Assembly: GCA_964386635.1 (NCBI GenBank)
Contig: CAYLRO010000012.1
Coordinates: 1,010 to 65,009 of the forward strand
Reading direction: 5' to 3'
DNA: 64,000 nucleotides
DNA from: an uncultured bacterium
GTDB taxonomy: Bacteria > Fermentibacterota > Fermentibacteria > Fermentibacterales > JCC-6
Shown here: one piece after another, positions 28,671-39,464 of the stretch
Layout of the letters: each line of letters begins with the position of its first letter
How positions within the stretch are numbered: position 1 is the stretch's first letter
Made by a program: the position numbers and the translations under genes
Notes under the pieces: generated by a model
What the model was told of the DNA's origin: nothing
Database searches by the model: none
What the model saw: only the letters and a program-made list of their open reading frames with translations

Positions 28671-29123
28671 ATGACTGCCTGCGAGGCCGTTAAATTCCTC
28701 GAACAACGCAGGGCTCCATGGTACACAGTGGTTTTTACCAACGGATGCTTTGACCTTCTTCATCCTGGACACCTGGAGATTCTTGAGAAGTCCAGGGCAA
28801 TGGGAGACCTGCTGGTGGTCGGGGTGAATACTGACGAATCCGTGAAAAGGCTGAAAGGCCCATCACGACCTGTACAGAGTCTTGACAGCAGAGTTGCAGT
28901 TCTTTCCGCCATCCGTTTTGTTGACTGTGTTGTACCATTTTCCGAGGATACACCTGAGGAACTGATCTCTGTCCTACTTCCGGATGTTCTTGTAAAAGGA
29001 GGAGATTACACTGTCGATACCGTTGTGGGAGCTGAGACCGTACTGAGAATGGGCGGCAGAGTGGAGATTGTTCCAGTTCTGAAGGGTTATTCCACAACAG
29101 CTCTTCTGAAAGATCTGACTTAG
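28671..29123 (+). CDS. D-glycero-beta-D-manno-heptose-1-phosphate adenylyltransferase (RfaE/HldE domain II, cytidylyltransferase family)
   Basis: [19 protein letters not shown] nucleotidyltransferase (H/T)xGH motif. Start taken at MTACEAV; the ORF-track alternative at 28623 would overlap the domain-I gene. Confidence 0.8.
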   Translation: MTACEAVKFLEQRRAPWYTVVFTNGCFDLLHPGHLEILEKSRAMGDLLVVGVNTDESVKRLKGPSRPVQSLDSRVAVLSAIRFVDCVVPFSEDTPEELISVLLPDVLVKGGDYTVDTVVGAETVLRMGGRVEIVPVLKGYSTTALLKDLT

Positions 29124-30682
29124 TGTCGGGAAAAGATGTTTTTTCTGTTCTTCTGGGATTTACCCTGTTATGGATCGCTGTCTCTGTTCCAATACTGTCA
29201 TCTCCCCTTGGTCACTATCCGGTAATTGACGCATCCTGGCATTATCTGTGGGCAGATGAAGCCGCCTCCGGCAACACTTTTGTTTATGCACCCTATTTCA
29301 GGGCTCCCCTTTACCCGCTGATTCTCAGCCTGGTTTTCAGACTGACAGGCAGTTCAATAACCGCAGGGGCCATTCTAAGTTATCTCTTCAGTCTTTTCAC
29401 TGTTCATCTGGTGCAAAGAATGGTGTATGCATCAGCCGGCAGGCGAGCCTCCATTCTTGCAGCCTGCGCTGTTGGATTGAATGGAGCATTCCTTTTCTAC
29501 AGTTCCTCTCTTCTTATAACTCCCATGTATGTATTTCTGCTGATCCTTTCGTTTTTCCTGTTTCAGAAGGAAAAACCATCTCCTCTGGGCTGGTTTGTGT
29601 TAGGCCTGGCTGTTGTAACAAGGCCGTCTGCTATTCTTCTTCTGCCTGTTTCTTTCATCCTCTACAGACAACTCTGGAGAAGCAGCTGGCTGTTTTTGCT
29701 GCCGGTTGTATTTATCTGGACGGTGAACTGGACCCAGGGTGATGCAGGCAACATTGTTTCCAGTCAGGGCGGTATCAATCTGTACATAGGCAGTGGTCCT
29801 GAGGCAGACGGGTATACCTCTTTTGCACCTGCTGCAGAGGGTAGATGGGCACCGGAGGATGATCTGCCGTATGTGGATAATGTCTGGGCAGCAGGAAATG
29901 CGGTTTTCAATGGAGATTTTTCACCATCTGAGATATCCCGGCTCTGGATTCACCGCACTCTTGAGTATGTGTGGAGTGAGCCGGGCAATTCAACAAAGCT
30001 TCTGCTGAGAAAATTACTGTATCTTGTATCTCCGGTTGCAATTCCCAGCAACTACGACATTTACTATTACACATCCTATTCACCATTGCTGGTGCCTCTG
30101 GCAGGATCTCCCGGGATACCTGTATCCGGTCTTATCCTGTGGTTTCTGTTGCCGGGAGCACTGGCAGCAGGTTCTTTTGATAAAAGGGAGAAGGGGCCTT
30201 TTCTGTGGGCAGCGGTCCTTGCCTGTGGCGTGCTGCCGTTTTTCGTCACAGCCAGATTCGTACTGCCTGTAATGCCCTTTATGGTTATATTACTGGCCCC
30301 GAGATTCATGAGACAGCCGGGTAAGTCTCTTGTCCTTGCACCATTGGGTGTTCTGGCAGGATTGAGTCTGGCGCTGCTTACTTCCTCAACGGTAAGATCC
30401 GGGGGGGTCAATATGGCCTTCCATGACGGAGTTGCCCACTGTCAGCAGGATCTTGTGGAGAGGGGAGAGTATCTTCTCCTGATGGCAGTGGAAGTTGCCA
30501 TGGATAGAGAGGACGGTATCGATCTTAATGGAACAGATGCTCTGTACAACCTCGGGATCATTGCCTTCAGAAGGTTGGACTTCCAGTCTGCAGAGGAGTA
30601 CTGGAGGATGGCTCTGGAAAGAGATCCGGGGAATATTCAGGCTGGAGAAGCCCTGCAGGGGTTGACTGGTCAATCTCTTTAA
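29123..30682 (+). CDS. GT-C superfamily integral-membrane glycosyltransferase (ArnT/PMT/GT39/GT83-like) with a C-terminal TPR segment
   Basis: At least 10 predicted TM helices, ArnT/PMT-like topology, and a C-terminal soluble TPR-like region (ALYNLGIIAFRRLDFQSAEEYWRMALERDPGN). Confidence 0.55.
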   Translation: MSGKDVFSVLLGFTLLWIAVSVPILSSPLGHYPVIDASWHYLWADEAASGNTFVYAPYFRAPLYPLILSLVFRLTGSSITAGAILSYLFSLFTVHLVQRMVYASAGRRASILAACAVGLNGAFLFYSSSLLITPMYVFLLILSFFLFQKEKPSPLGWFVLGLAVVTRPSAILLLPVSFILYRQLWRSSWLFLLPVVFIWTVNWTQGDAGNIVSSQGGINLYIGSGPEADGYTSFAPAAEGRWAPEDDLPYVDNVWAAGNAVFNGDFSPSEISRLWIHRTLEYVWSEPGNSTKLLLRKLLYLVSPVAIPSNYDIYYYTSYSPLLVPLAGSPGIPVSGLILWFLLPGALAAGSFDKREKGPFLWAAVLACGVLPFFVTARFVLPVMPFMVILLAPRFMRQPGKSLVLAPLGVLAGLSLALLTSSTVRSGGVNMAFHDGVAHCQQDLVERGEYLLLMAVEVAMDREDGIDLNGTDALYNLGIIAFRRLDFQSAEEYWRMALERDPGNIQAGEALQGLTGQSL

Positions 30683-30731
30683 GCAATAAACGCCGTTAAT
30701 AAAGAAGTACATATAAAGAGTCACCAAGCTC

Positions 30732-32834
30732 GTGGAGGGTGTTTTGAATCTCAATTTTCTATTCGTATACTTTGCTCCAATTGTCGCTCTGGGAACCGGT
30801 ATCGCCGCCTGGCTTATCTACAATTCCGTAAAGAAGAAGCCGGCAGGCACCGAAAAAATGAGTCGCCTTGCTTCAATGATACATTCCGGAGCCATGACCT
30901 ACCTGAAAACCCAGTACAGAATACTGGCGCTTTTTGTGGTACTTGTTGCAATACTTCTTTTCTTCGGAGTCAACAGAGCCACATCAGTTGCATTTATTGC
31001 AGGAGCTCTATGCAGCATGATCGCCGGTCTGGCCGGTATGAGTGCTGCTACAATGGGCAACGTCCGAACAACCAATGCAGCAAGAACAAGTCTTTCTCAG
31101 GCTCTTTCCGCAGCTTTCGGCAGTGGCAGTGTCATGGGATTCGCAGTGGCATCACTGGGGCTTCTTGGTGTTTCTGCTTTTTATCTTGTCTTTCAGGAGG
31201 TTGAAACTGTACGCAGTTTTGTTCAGAGTTTCCTGGGAATGGATGCCCTGTCCCTTGAGAGTATTGCGGGATTCGGTATGGGGGCAAGCAGCATAGCCCT
31301 TTTTGCCAGAGTCGGTGGAGGAATATTCACAAAAAGTGCCGATGTAGGCGCGGACCTGGTAGGCAAGGTGGAGGCTGGTATTCCAGAGGATGATCCCAGG
31401 AATCCGGCAGTTATTGCAGACAATGTCGGAGACAATGTGGGTGATGTAGCCGGTATGGGTGCAGATCTCTTCGAATCATTTGTCGGCTGCATCATTGCAG
31501 CAATGGTTCTTGCATTCGGTATGGATACTGCAGGGATTTCATCCATTTTCTCAGGAGGCAGCCTGCCTGGAGAAATGGAGCATTCAGGCAGAACATCACT
31601 TATTGCATTGCCGCTGGTTCTCGCCGCCCTTGGCACGCTTGCCAGCCTTGTGGGTGCTCTCTACGTCAAACTCTTCAAAAAGGGATCACCTGATCAGGTG
31701 TTGAGAAACGGAACATTTGTCAGTGCCGGTCTTGCCATGGTGTCTGCTTTCTGGATGGTCAAACTTCTGAACATGAACCTGGGTGTTTTCTGGGCGATTG
31801 CCGCAGGTGTCATTGCAGGAACAGCCATAGGCCTTATTACAGAATACTACACCAGCCGTGGACCTGTTAAGAAAATCGCCCGTTCTACCAGTACAGGCCC
31901 TGCTACTACCATTATCGAGGGAATCGCTGTAGGAATGGAATCCACTGTTGCTCCGATTCTTCTCATAGCGGCAGCTATCCTGGTGAGTTACAACTTTGCC
32001 GGTCTCTACGGTATTGCCCTGGCTGCCCTGGGCATGCTGATGAATGTGGGAATGACAATGTCAGTTGATGCATACGGACCTGTGGCTGACAATGCCGGAG
32101 GTATAGCAGAAATGGCAGGGCTCCCTGCTGAAGTAAGAGAACGAACAGATAAACTCGATGCTCTGGGTAACACCACAGCTGCAATGGGCAAGGGTTTTGC
32201 CATTGGTTCAGCGGCTCTTACATCCCTGGCTCTCTTCTCTGCGTATGCGGAGGTGTCGGATCTTTCATCAATAGACATACTGAAACCTCATGTTGTAGCC
32301 GGTCTTCTTGTAGGCGGGCTTCTTCCGTTTATCTTTGCTTCCATTACCCTGAGAGCAGTGGGAAAGACTGCCATGAAAATGGTGGAAGAGGTCAGATGGC
32401 AGTTTCACAACATCAAGGGTCTTATGGAGGGTGAAGCGGAACCGAAGACTGAGAAATGCATAGATATCGCAACAAGAGGAGCTCTCAGAGAGATGATCCT
32501 GCCTGGTCTCATGGCGATTGCTGTTCCAGTTCTGGTCTACTTCGGTTTTGGCGTAAACGGGGCAGAGACTCTGGGGGGCCTTCTTGCAGGATCAATAGTG
32601 ACAGGTGTTCTTCTGGCTATTTTCATGTCCAACAGCGGCGGTGCATGGGATAACGCAAAAAAATACATTGAAGAGGGGAATATGGGCGGTAAGGGTTCAC
32701 CTTCCCATGCTGCAGCGGTAATTGGTGATACAGTAGGCGATCCGTTCAAGGACACCAGCGGTCCTGCACTTAATATTCTGATTAAACTCATGACAGTAGT
32801 CGCCCTTGTTCTCGCACAGGTTCAGGTGGGCTGA
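30732..32834 (+). CDS. hppA: Membrane-bound proton/sodium-translocating pyrophosphatase
   Basis: Signature [19 protein letters not shown] and [21 protein letters not shown] motifs; 700 aa polytopic. Confidence 0.9.
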   Translation: MEGVLNLNFLFVYFAPIVALGTGIAAWLIYNSVKKKPAGTEKMSRLASMIHSGAMTYLKTQYRILALFVVLVAILLFFGVNRATSVAFIAGALCSMIAGLAGMSAATMGNVRTTNAARTSLSQALSAAFGSGSVMGFAVASLGLLGVSAFYLVFQEVETVRSFVQSFLGMDALSLESIAGFGMGASSIALFARVGGGIFTKSADVGADLVGKVEAGIPEDDPRNPAVIADNVGDNVGDVAGMGADLFESFVGCIIAAMVLAFGMDTAGISSIFSGGSLPGEMEHSGRTSLIALPLVLAALGTLASLVGALYVKLFKKGSPDQVLRNGTFVSAGLAMVSAFWMVKLLNMNLGVFWAIAAGVIAGTAIGLITEYYTSRGPVKKIARSTSTGPATTIIEGIAVGMESTVAPILLIAAAILVSYNFAGLYGIALAALGMLMNVGMTMSVDAYGPVADNAGGIAEMAGLPAEVRERTDKLDALGNTTAAMGKGFAIGSAALTSLALFSAYAEVSDLSSIDILKPHVVAGLLVGGLLPFIFASITLRAVGKTAMKMVEEVRWQFHNIKGLMEGEAEPKTEKCIDIATRGALREMILPGLMAIAVPVLVYFGFGVNGAETLGGLLAGSIVTGVLLAIFMSNSGGAWDNAKKYIEEGNMGGKGSPSHAAAVIGDTVGDPFKDTSGPALNILIKLMTVVALVLAQVQVG

Positions 32835-32854
32835 GCACTGAGAAAGGAAATAGA

Positions 32855-33097
32855 ATGACTGACACTCTTGTTCTTAACGAAGAAAACGTAAGGGCAAAAC
32901 TCGAGGAAGTTCGTCCAATGCTTCAGGCAGACGGCGGAGACATCGAGTTCGTGGCACTTAAAGACAAAGTAGTTCAGGTAAGGCTTCAGGGTTCATGTGC
33001 CGGGTGCGCATTTGCCACAATGACTCTCCAGTTCGGAGTAGAGAAAACACTCAAGAAGTACTTCCCGGATATGGAGCGTGTTGAGAACCTCCAGTAA
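32855..33097 (+). CDS. NifU-like (Nfu-type) Fe-S cluster carrier domain protein
   Basis: GGDIEFV...VRLQGSCAGCAFATMTL matches the NifU C-terminal domain CxxC pattern. Confidence 0.7.
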   Translation: MTDTLVLNEENVRAKLEEVRPMLQADGGDIEFVALKDKVVQVRLQGSCAGCAFATMTLQFGVEKTLKKYFPDMERVENLQ

Positions 33098-34277
33098 AGG
33101 GGCAGCATCACGAAAGCAGGCTTGCCTGCTTCTCAGGGGGAGCTCGCAGTGGCTCCCCCTTTCGCCGTCTGACAGAGCTTTTGCCCAGAGAATATTCCGT
33201 GAGACCGTAGTCTGGAAGAAGTACCTGGACTTTGTTCTTAACCGGTATACATCCCAGCCTGTGAGCAAGCTTGATCAGGACATAGTAAGAAGTCTTCGAA
33301 TCGGAGCAGCGCAGCTCCTTATCCTTAAGACTCCTGCCCACGCTGCTGTTTCCGCCACAGTTGAAGCCCATGAAAGAAGAAGAACAAGAGGGCTGGTAAA
33401 TGCTGTTCTCAGAAAAGTGGCGGGATACAGGGAAAAGTCAAACATCCCTCTCCATATCAGGTATTCCCACCCTGAGGCACTGGTAAAAAGATGGGCTGAG
33501 CAGCTGGGAGCAGAGAAGACTCAGAGACTCCTGCAGTGGAACAATACTGTTCCTGAACTTGGAGGTTACGCATTCGGTGACCTGCCTGAAAACTCCACCT
33601 GTGGAAAATATCTGGAAAAGTACAGACTTCTTGAAAGAGGCGGCCGATTTGATCCTCCGGAAGATTTCTACATCCAGGACGAATCAGCAGCTGTTGTTGG
33701 ATTCGGTATGTCAGAACTCCCCGGCAGCAGTGTGCTTGAACTTGGAGCAGCTCCCGGGGGGAAAACTGCTCATCTGGCTGAAAAAGGAACTGTTTTTGCA
33801 ATTGATGCAAAGCCTGACAGAATGAAGAGATGGCAGGAGAACAGCAGAAGACTGGGATGGAAAAACTGTATGGGAATTGCCGCTGAATCAGAAAAGCTTC
33901 CTTTCAGCGGAAAATTCAGCAAGGTTATTGCCGATGTCCCCTGCACCAACACTGGTGTCTACCGCAGAAGATCAGATGCCAGATGGAACTGGACACAGAC
34001 ACTCCACAATGAGCTGATAGGAATACAGCGCAGGATGCTGCAGGAATCTTCAGCAGCTGTTGAAAAAGGAGGAGTGCTTATCTACTCCACCTGCAGTATT
34101 GACTGTGAGGAGAACCAGGAAGCCGCTCTGCATTTCGAAGAGAACAACAGTGATTTCAGTAGAGTTGATTTTCCCGGGCCGGAGACACTGGTTAATTCCC
34201 AGGGTTTTCTTTCATATTTCCCTCCTGACGCCATGATTGACGGTCTTTTCGCTGCAGCCTGGATCAGACAGAGCTGA
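33078..34277 (+). CDS. rsmB: 16S rRNA (cytosine-C5)-methyltransferase RsmB/Sun family
   Basis: NusB-like N-terminal region, SAM-binding ELGAAPGGKT, and catalytic DVPCTNTGV and YSTCS motifs. Confidence 0.8.
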   Translation: MLRTSSKGAASRKQACLLLRGSSQWLPLSPSDRAFAQRIFRETVVWKKYLDFVLNRYTSQPVSKLDQDIVRSLRIGAAQLLILKTPAHAAVSATVEAHERRRTRGLVNAVLRKVAGYREKSNIPLHIRYSHPEALVKRWAEQLGAEKTQRLLQWNNTVPELGGYAFGDLPENSTCGKYLEKYRLLERGGRFDPPEDFYIQDESAAVVGFGMSELPGSSVLELGAAPGGKTAHLAEKGTVFAIDAKPDRMKRWQENSRRLGWKNCMGIAAESEKLPFSGKFSKVIADVPCTNTGVYRRRSDARWNWTQTLHNELIGIQRRMLQESSAAVEKGGVLIYSTCSIDCEENQEAALHFEENNSDFSRVDFPGPETLVNSQGFLSYFPPDAMIDGLFAAAWIRQS

Positions 34278-35844
34278 AAGGAATTCGGATTTGAGAACGG
34301 AAACAGCTTTTCTAGCAGCAGCTCTTGTGATTGTAGCAGCCGCTTTTGTTTTCTCACTTTCTGTTCCTCTTTACGGGGATACCCTGGGTTATGGTGTACG
34401 CACTCTGAACTGGATGAGGGATAACGGTTACCAGCCTGTTCCTGCAGGAGAGGGAAGGGGGGAGCAGGCAATGGGGCATCCTGCACTGTTCTTCTGGGTC
34501 TGGGCTCTTCTCACTGCAGTTGCAGGGAATTCCCTCTGGGTTGCCAGGATTCTCCCGGCAGTTTCCACTTTTTTCTGTCTCTGGGGGATGTACCGGCTTG
34601 GAAGGCGGCTTTCCTGTGAGACTGCCGGATGGCTTTCAGCCCTGGCGCTGGCAGCAACTCCGATCTTCTACATGCAGATGCTGAGACCCATGCCTGAAAG
34701 CGCAGTTGCCGCAGCAGTAGTGTGGTCAACTCTGCACTATGTGAAGAAGAATTACCTCAGTGCAGCTCTGCTCTGTACCCTGGCAGTAATGCTCAGGGAA
34801 CAGGCTGTAATTCTGGCAGGAGTTTTCTTTCTTGCAGAACTTCTTCACGGAGGATTAAGAAAACCGGGAAAACTGCTTCTCATGTGTATGCCTCTCCTTG
34901 GTATAGCAGTAACAGGTTTCGCGAACCTGGTGGTGAACGGATACTTTTTCTTCCCTGCTCATCTGGGTGCGGCAAGTGAGATGGAACCTGGCTGGCTGGT
35001 TTCCCGGATCAGGTTTTTCGGTGGCTACCTTATTGCTTCGGAATTCAGGTGGCTTCCAGTGACTCTGGCGGCAGCCGGGATGCTCAAAGGCTCTGGAAGG
35101 AATACCTACACTCTTCCATTTGCTTTCATTCTGCTGTTTCCCGCTCTCTTCTATCCCCCGGAGAGAATCGCTTTTCTTGTTTTTACAGTTCTGCTCATTT
35201 TCGTTTACCTTCTCAGAGAGCGCAAGGTCCCGGGCAGGGTTTTCAGCCTTTTTCTTCTCATGCCTGCAGCAATGGTGATTTTTCTGGTGGTGATAGTTAA
35301 ATTTGCACCTGGGGGTGGAATGGGTCTTTACAGATATTTGATGCCGGCGCTTCCGCTGGTTATTCTGGCTCCCATAGTAATGCTGTTCAGGTACTATTCT
35401 CCAAGAACCGCTCTGGTTTTTACAGCGGTTTTCATAATTGCCACAGCTTTCACCGACAGATCTCACCAGGATGGATACCAGTTCGGTACTGACAGGGGAT
35501 CAATCGGTTCTCTGGTCTGCTTCAGAGAAGCGGTTGAATACGGTGTATCACTGGGAGACACCATACTTACTTCACCAGCTTACATTGCGTATTACTCAGA
35601 GCCTGTGTGCGGTACCGTAAGCTCTCCCTGTCCCGCAAGGGAAATTCGGGAGGGGGAAACTCTCTCCCCTGAAGCTTCCTACACAGTTATCCTTTCACCG
35701 TGTTCAATGGTTCTTTCTGATCTGGACGGGATTCAAAGAATGATCCCTGACGGATCTTACATTGAACGCATTGAAGAAATGCCGCTGATGCTAAGAGAAA
35801 ATGGAGTAGAGGTTTACAGGATAGAAGGGTTCTCCACTCCTTAG
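34237..35844 (+). CDS. Second GT-C-type polytopic membrane glycosyltransferase-like protein (ArnT/PMT-like)
   Basis: Multiple TM helices, Dol-P-sugar-transferase-like N-terminal loop. Start is uncertain, since the ORF-track start overlaps the rsmB 3' end. Confidence 0.45.
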   Translation: MTVFSLQPGSDRAERNSDLRTETAFLAAALVIVAAAFVFSLSVPLYGDTLGYGVRTLNWMRDNGYQPVPAGEGRGEQAMGHPALFFWVWALLTAVAGNSLWVARILPAVSTFFCLWGMYRLGRRLSCETAGWLSALALAATPIFYMQMLRPMPESAVAAAVVWSTLHYVKKNYLSAALLCTLAVMLREQAVILAGVFFLAELLHGGLRKPGKLLLMCMPLLGIAVTGFANLVVNGYFFFPAHLGAASEMEPGWLVSRIRFFGGYLIASEFRWLPVTLAAAGMLKGSGRNTYTLPFAFILLFPALFYPPERIAFLVFTVLLIFVYLLRERKVPGRVFSLFLLMPAAMVIFLVVIVKFAPGGGMGLYRYLMPALPLVILAPIVMLFRYYSPRTALVFTAVFIIATAFTDRSHQDGYQFGTDRGSIGSLVCFREAVEYGVSLGDTILTSPAYIAYYSEPVCGTVSSPCPAREIREGETLSPEASYTVILSPCSMVLSDLDGIQRMIPDGSYIERIEEMPLMLRENGVEVYRIEGFSTP

Positions 35845-36740
35845 GATTTTCTGTTGCATACATTGATTATCTCAGCGGCTATGCTTACAGCTATTTCACA
35901 TGGAGAGTGGCTTCCAATTGAGATGCCGATTGGAGAATGAACTCTGGCCAGCTGTTCCTCTGTGAATCCTTCAGCCCTCATCATTGAAAAAATGTGATGA
36001 GTAGTTGTTCTGCTTGCCATCATCCCCAGGTACTTAAGGTTCTTTGTCAGCATCTGACGGAGGATTACTGCATCTCCCTGATGCGATGCCGGCATGATGA
36101 TAACTATTGCCCTGCCGTTGTCAGGGACAAGTTTTCCTGCATCCAGATAGCTCATATGAATCTTTTTCCAGGCCTGATCATTGGCCTTCATGGTGTGCAC
36201 ATAATCCCTGTCATCAATGATTATAGTTCTCATGTTCAGACTGTTCAGTACAGGGGTCAGGGCAAGGCTGCAGTGGCCTCCGCCGAAAACAAACACCGGC
36301 CAGGGGAGCTGAAGATTTTCCGTGTAGATCCAGCATTCATCCCCTGTGAGACCTTCCCGGTTATGGTATCCTGTGAATTCAAGTCCTTCAGCGGTAACTC
36401 GTATTCCTCTGGTGCTGTCCATCATGTGGTTCATGGGAGGTGACGGGATCAGGAGGATTTTCTGACTGCCTGAACAGATCATCCCTGACTTTTCTCCCGG
36501 TTCAGCAAGCTGATTATGGCTGTACGAAACAAGCGCAGTTTCAGATACGCTCTGCTGAAGCATCTCCCGGGCTGCGGCAATCACCTTGAATTCTAGAGTA
36601 CCGCCACCAACAGAACCCAGAAGAGTACCATCTGAAGATACCGTCATTTTAAACCCTGTCTTTCCAGGGCAGCTTCCAGTTGTTTCAGCTACAATACAGA
36701 GCACAGATTTACTTCCGGCAAAGAGTTCAAGCGTTTTCAT
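35841..36740 (-). CDS. xdhC: XdhC/CoxI-family xanthine dehydrogenase accessory (Mo-cofactor insertion) protein
   Basis: XdhC_CoxI N-domain (LCIVAETTGSCPGKTGFKMTVSSDG...GSVGGGTLE) plus a Rossmann-like XdhC C-domain (VFVFGGGHCSLAL). Start chosen at MKTLELF (ATG 36740), which overlaps the stop of the upstream membrane-protein ORF. The ORF track's 37061 start merges two genes. Confidence 0.7.
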   Translation of the reverse strand: MKTLELFAGSKSVLCIVAETTGSCPGKTGFKMTVSSDGTLLGSVGGGTLEFKVIAAAREMLQQSVSETALVSYSHNQLAEPGEKSGMICSGSQKILLIPSPPMNHMMDSTRGIRVTAEGLEFTGYHNREGLTGDECWIYTENLQLPWPVFVFGGGHCSLALTPVLNSLNMRTIIIDDRDYVHTMKANDQAWKKIHMSYLDAGKLVPDNGRAIVIIMPASHQGDAVILRQMLTKNLKYLGMMASRTTTHHIFSMMRAEGFTEEQLARVHSPIGISIGSHSPCEIAVSIAAEIINVCNRKS

Positions 36741-37207
36741 TTGAAAATTTCCATGCAGAGAGGATAGAAGATTGCCATAAGAGATGAGAATATCGCACTT
36801 GAGAGGAACCTCCATTTCAAAGAGACTTTGTTCTGGATCAGATAGTTTGCAGCGAAAGCCACCGGCAGGTTTACAGCGAAAGATTTTACAGAAACAGCAA
36901 GCAGGGTCCAGTGTATATCCGTGATTCTGTTTGAAAACAGAGAGATGAAGGCAAGATGTCTTGCTATCCAGAGGGGATTGAAATAAAGCACTGCCATGGC
37001 TGCTCTTGCAGAACCGCTGTACTTCTTTTCTATATATCTGAACCAGGCCGGGATCTCCCACGCATAGACAACTGCCCCCACTGCCATTATTCCAACCATC
37101 CTGATGACTGAAAACTCTGAAATGATCAGTGATGCTGTTGTGTCACCTGCAGAGTAGATGAGAAGACCTCTGATTACATTGCCTGTGCTGTATTCGGGAA
37201 GCTTCAA
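36737..37207 (-). CDS. Hypothetical 4-5 TM membrane protein embedded in the xdh cluster (possible substrate/cofactor transporter component)
   Basis: Hydrophobic 156 aa ORF between xdhB and xdhC on the same strand, coupled at both ends. Confidence 0.4.
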   Translation of the reverse strand: MKLPEYSTGNVIRGLLIYSAGDTTASLIISEFSVIRMVGIMAVGAVVYAWEIPAWFRYIEKKYSGSARAAMAVLYFNPLWIARHLAFISLFSNRITDIHWTLLAVSVKSFAVNLPVAFAANYLIQNKVSLKWRFLSSAIFSSLMAIFYPLCMEIFK

Positions 37208-37208
37208 A

Positions 37209-39464
37209 TTACCTGGCTTTCCTGAGAGTCATGAGAACCCTCTCCGGCGTCATCGGTGCGGTGTATTCAGTTTGAATATCCCCACTGAAACTCTTCATGG
37301 CGCCGGCTATGGCGAACCATGTTCCTATTCCGTACATGAACGGGGGTTCACCAATGGCTTTGGAACCTCTCAGGCCAACATTTTCCGGGAGTTTTTCTCC
37401 AGGGGGGAAAGAAACCTGAATCTCAGGGGTGAACTGAATGTCCGGCACTTTATATGTGGCAAGAGCATCAGTGAGAAGCCTTTTTGACTTTGGGTCCCAT
37501 GCAAGTTCCTCCATAGTGACCCAGCCTATCCCCTGAACAAGAGCCCCCTCTACCTGTCCCTGGTCGATAACAGGGTTGAGCTGTGTTCCTCCGTGGTGGA
37601 CTATTCTTACTCTGTCAACTCTGTAGGTGCCAAGCAGGCAGTCTACTGTAACCTCAGTGAGAGCAGTTCCGGCAACATGATATGCGAAAGGGGCGCCTTT
37701 TTCCGTTTTCCTGTCGAAGTGTATTCCAGGGGTTGCATAGTGCGAGTGCTCCGACAGGCTGATTCTCTTCATGTATGAACTGGTGATCAGACTCTTCCAG
37801 CTCTTTCCCGTGCTGTTCCCGTCCAGCAGAAGTACGCTGTTTTCCATGCTGAGCTGTTCCGGACTGCAGTTCATCTCCTCAGCAGCTCCAGCCAGTATTC
37901 TCTTCAGTATTTCCCGGCAGGCAAGGCGGGTGGCATTGCCGTTCATGTCAGCGCCTGAACTGGCTGCAGTGGGAGAGGTGTTTGCATTTCTCGTTGTGTT
38001 TGCAGATTCCATGCGGATATTCCCCACCGGAATGCCAAACGACATTGCAGCTGTCTGTCTGATCCGGGAGTTTACCCCCTGGCCCATTTCTACAGCACCG
38101 GTGCTGATTCCCACGCTGCCGTCAGTGTATACATGAACCAGGGCGCTGGCCTGGTTAAGGAATGTAGTGGTGAAGGATATGCCGAAGCACACCGGCATCA
38201 TTGATATCCCCTTCTTCATCCACCTGTTCTTCCCGTTGAATTCATCTGTGTCTGCTCTGCAGGACTCAAGAAAAGTTCTGCACTGATCCCAGGAGGTCCT
38301 GACTTCATCGGCACTGTATTCCATTCCGTAGTGGAAGCTGTCACCTTTTTTCAGAAGATTGATCTCCTGGATGGTCTCGGTATTGATTCCCGAAACAGCT
38401 GATGCTTTGTGAATTGCCGCTTCCATTACGAACATTGCCTGGGGTGCCCCGAACCCTCTGAATGCTGTGTTAGGGGCGAGGTTGGTCCGGCAGCAGCAGC
38501 CTGTTGCCCGAACATTCGGGATGAAATAGCTTGCAGTGGAGTGAAAAAGGGTTCTTTCAAGGATAGCTGTGGAAAGGTCGCTTGATGCACCGCTGTTCTG
38601 AAAGTAGTCCACCTCCCACAGGAGTATTTTCCCCTGATCTGTGAGCCCGATAGTGAAGTCGGAGATGTAGGGGTGACGTTTGCCGGTGTTAATCAGGTCA
38701 TCATGCCTGTTCAGTACAAGCTTTACCGGTTTCCCGGTTGCCCATGAGCCCAGAGCTGTAATAACAGCCCAGGGAGTTGCCTGGTCTTCTTTGCCTCCGA
38801 AAGCTCCTCCCAGTCTGGGAACATCCACCTCCACACTGTGAATCGGAATGCCAAGAACTCTTGCTGATATCTTCTGCACATAGGACGGCCCCTGTGTTGA
38901 GGAAGTTATCCTGAATGTTCCATCTTCGCCGGGAACGGTTAATGCACTCTGTGTTTCCAGGTAGAGGTGTTCCTGACCACCTGTTTCAGCAGTGCCGCTG
39001 ATAATGAAAGTACAGTTCTTTCTGGCTTCCTGAACATCTCCGCAGGAAAATGTTCTGGGAGGGGTGAGAAGCTGTCCATTCTCACAGGCTTTCCTGGGAT
39101 CAGATACAGCTTCCAGTTCTCTGATTTCAGCACTTATCATTCCTGCGGCTTTTCTTGCGTTGGCGTAACTGTCGGCCAGCACTACCGCTAACGGTTGTCC
39201 GATGAAGTGAACCTCCCTTTCTCCAAGAAGAGGTTCATCCATAAGGATGTTACCAATCTGGTTCTCACCGGGAATGTCTGAGGCAGTCAGCACTTTCACA
39301 ACACCGGTGGATGCAAGAGCCTGGTCCGTGTTCAGAGAGAGAATCTCTCCGTGTGCAGATGGTGATGTGAACACGTATGCGTGAAGTGTTCCGGCAGGTT
39401 CCGGCAGATCAGAAGTAAATATTGATTTTCCTTTTACATGCAGTTTTGCGTCGTAATGTTTCAC
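37209..39464 (-). CDS. xdhB: Xanthine dehydrogenase / aldehyde-oxidase family molybdopterin-binding large subunit
   Basis: About 750 aa with Ald_Xan_dh_C-type motifs (GGAFGGKE; GQGVNSRIRQ...; EPPF..IG). Coupled with the upstream Fe-S/FAD subunit. Confidence 0.85.
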   Translation of the reverse strand: MKHYDAKLHVKGKSIFTSDLPEPAGTLHAYVFTSPSAHGEILSLNTDQALASTGVVKVLTASDIPGENQIGNILMDEPLLGEREVHFIGQPLAVVLADSYANARKAAGMISAEIRELEAVSDPRKACENGQLLTPPRTFSCGDVQEARKNCTFIISGTAETGGQEHLYLETQSALTVPGEDGTFRITSSTQGPSYVQKISARVLGIPIHSVEVDVPRLGGAFGGKEDQATPWAVITALGSWATGKPVKLVLNRHDDLINTGKRHPYISDFTIGLTDQGKILLWEVDYFQNSGASSDLSTAILERTLFHSTASYFIPNVRATGCCCRTNLAPNTAFRGFGAPQAMFVMEAAIHKASAVSGINTETIQEINLLKKGDSFHYGMEYSADEVRTSWDQCRTFLESCRADTDEFNGKNRWMKKGISMMPVCFGISFTTTFLNQASALVHVYTDGSVGISTGAVEMGQGVNSRIRQTAAMSFGIPVGNIRMESANTTRNANTSPTAASSGADMNGNATRLACREILKRILAGAAEEMNCSPEQLSMENSVLLLDGNSTGKSWKSLITSSYMKRISLSEHSHYATPGIHFDRKTEKGAPFAYHVAGTALTEVTVDCLLGTYRVDRVRIVHHGGTQLNPVIDQGQVEGALVQGIGWVTMEELAWDPKSKRLLTDALATYKVPDIQFTPEIQVSFPPGEKLPENVGLRGSKAIGEPPFMYGIGTWFAIAGAMKSFSGDIQTEYTAPMTPERVLMTLRKAR

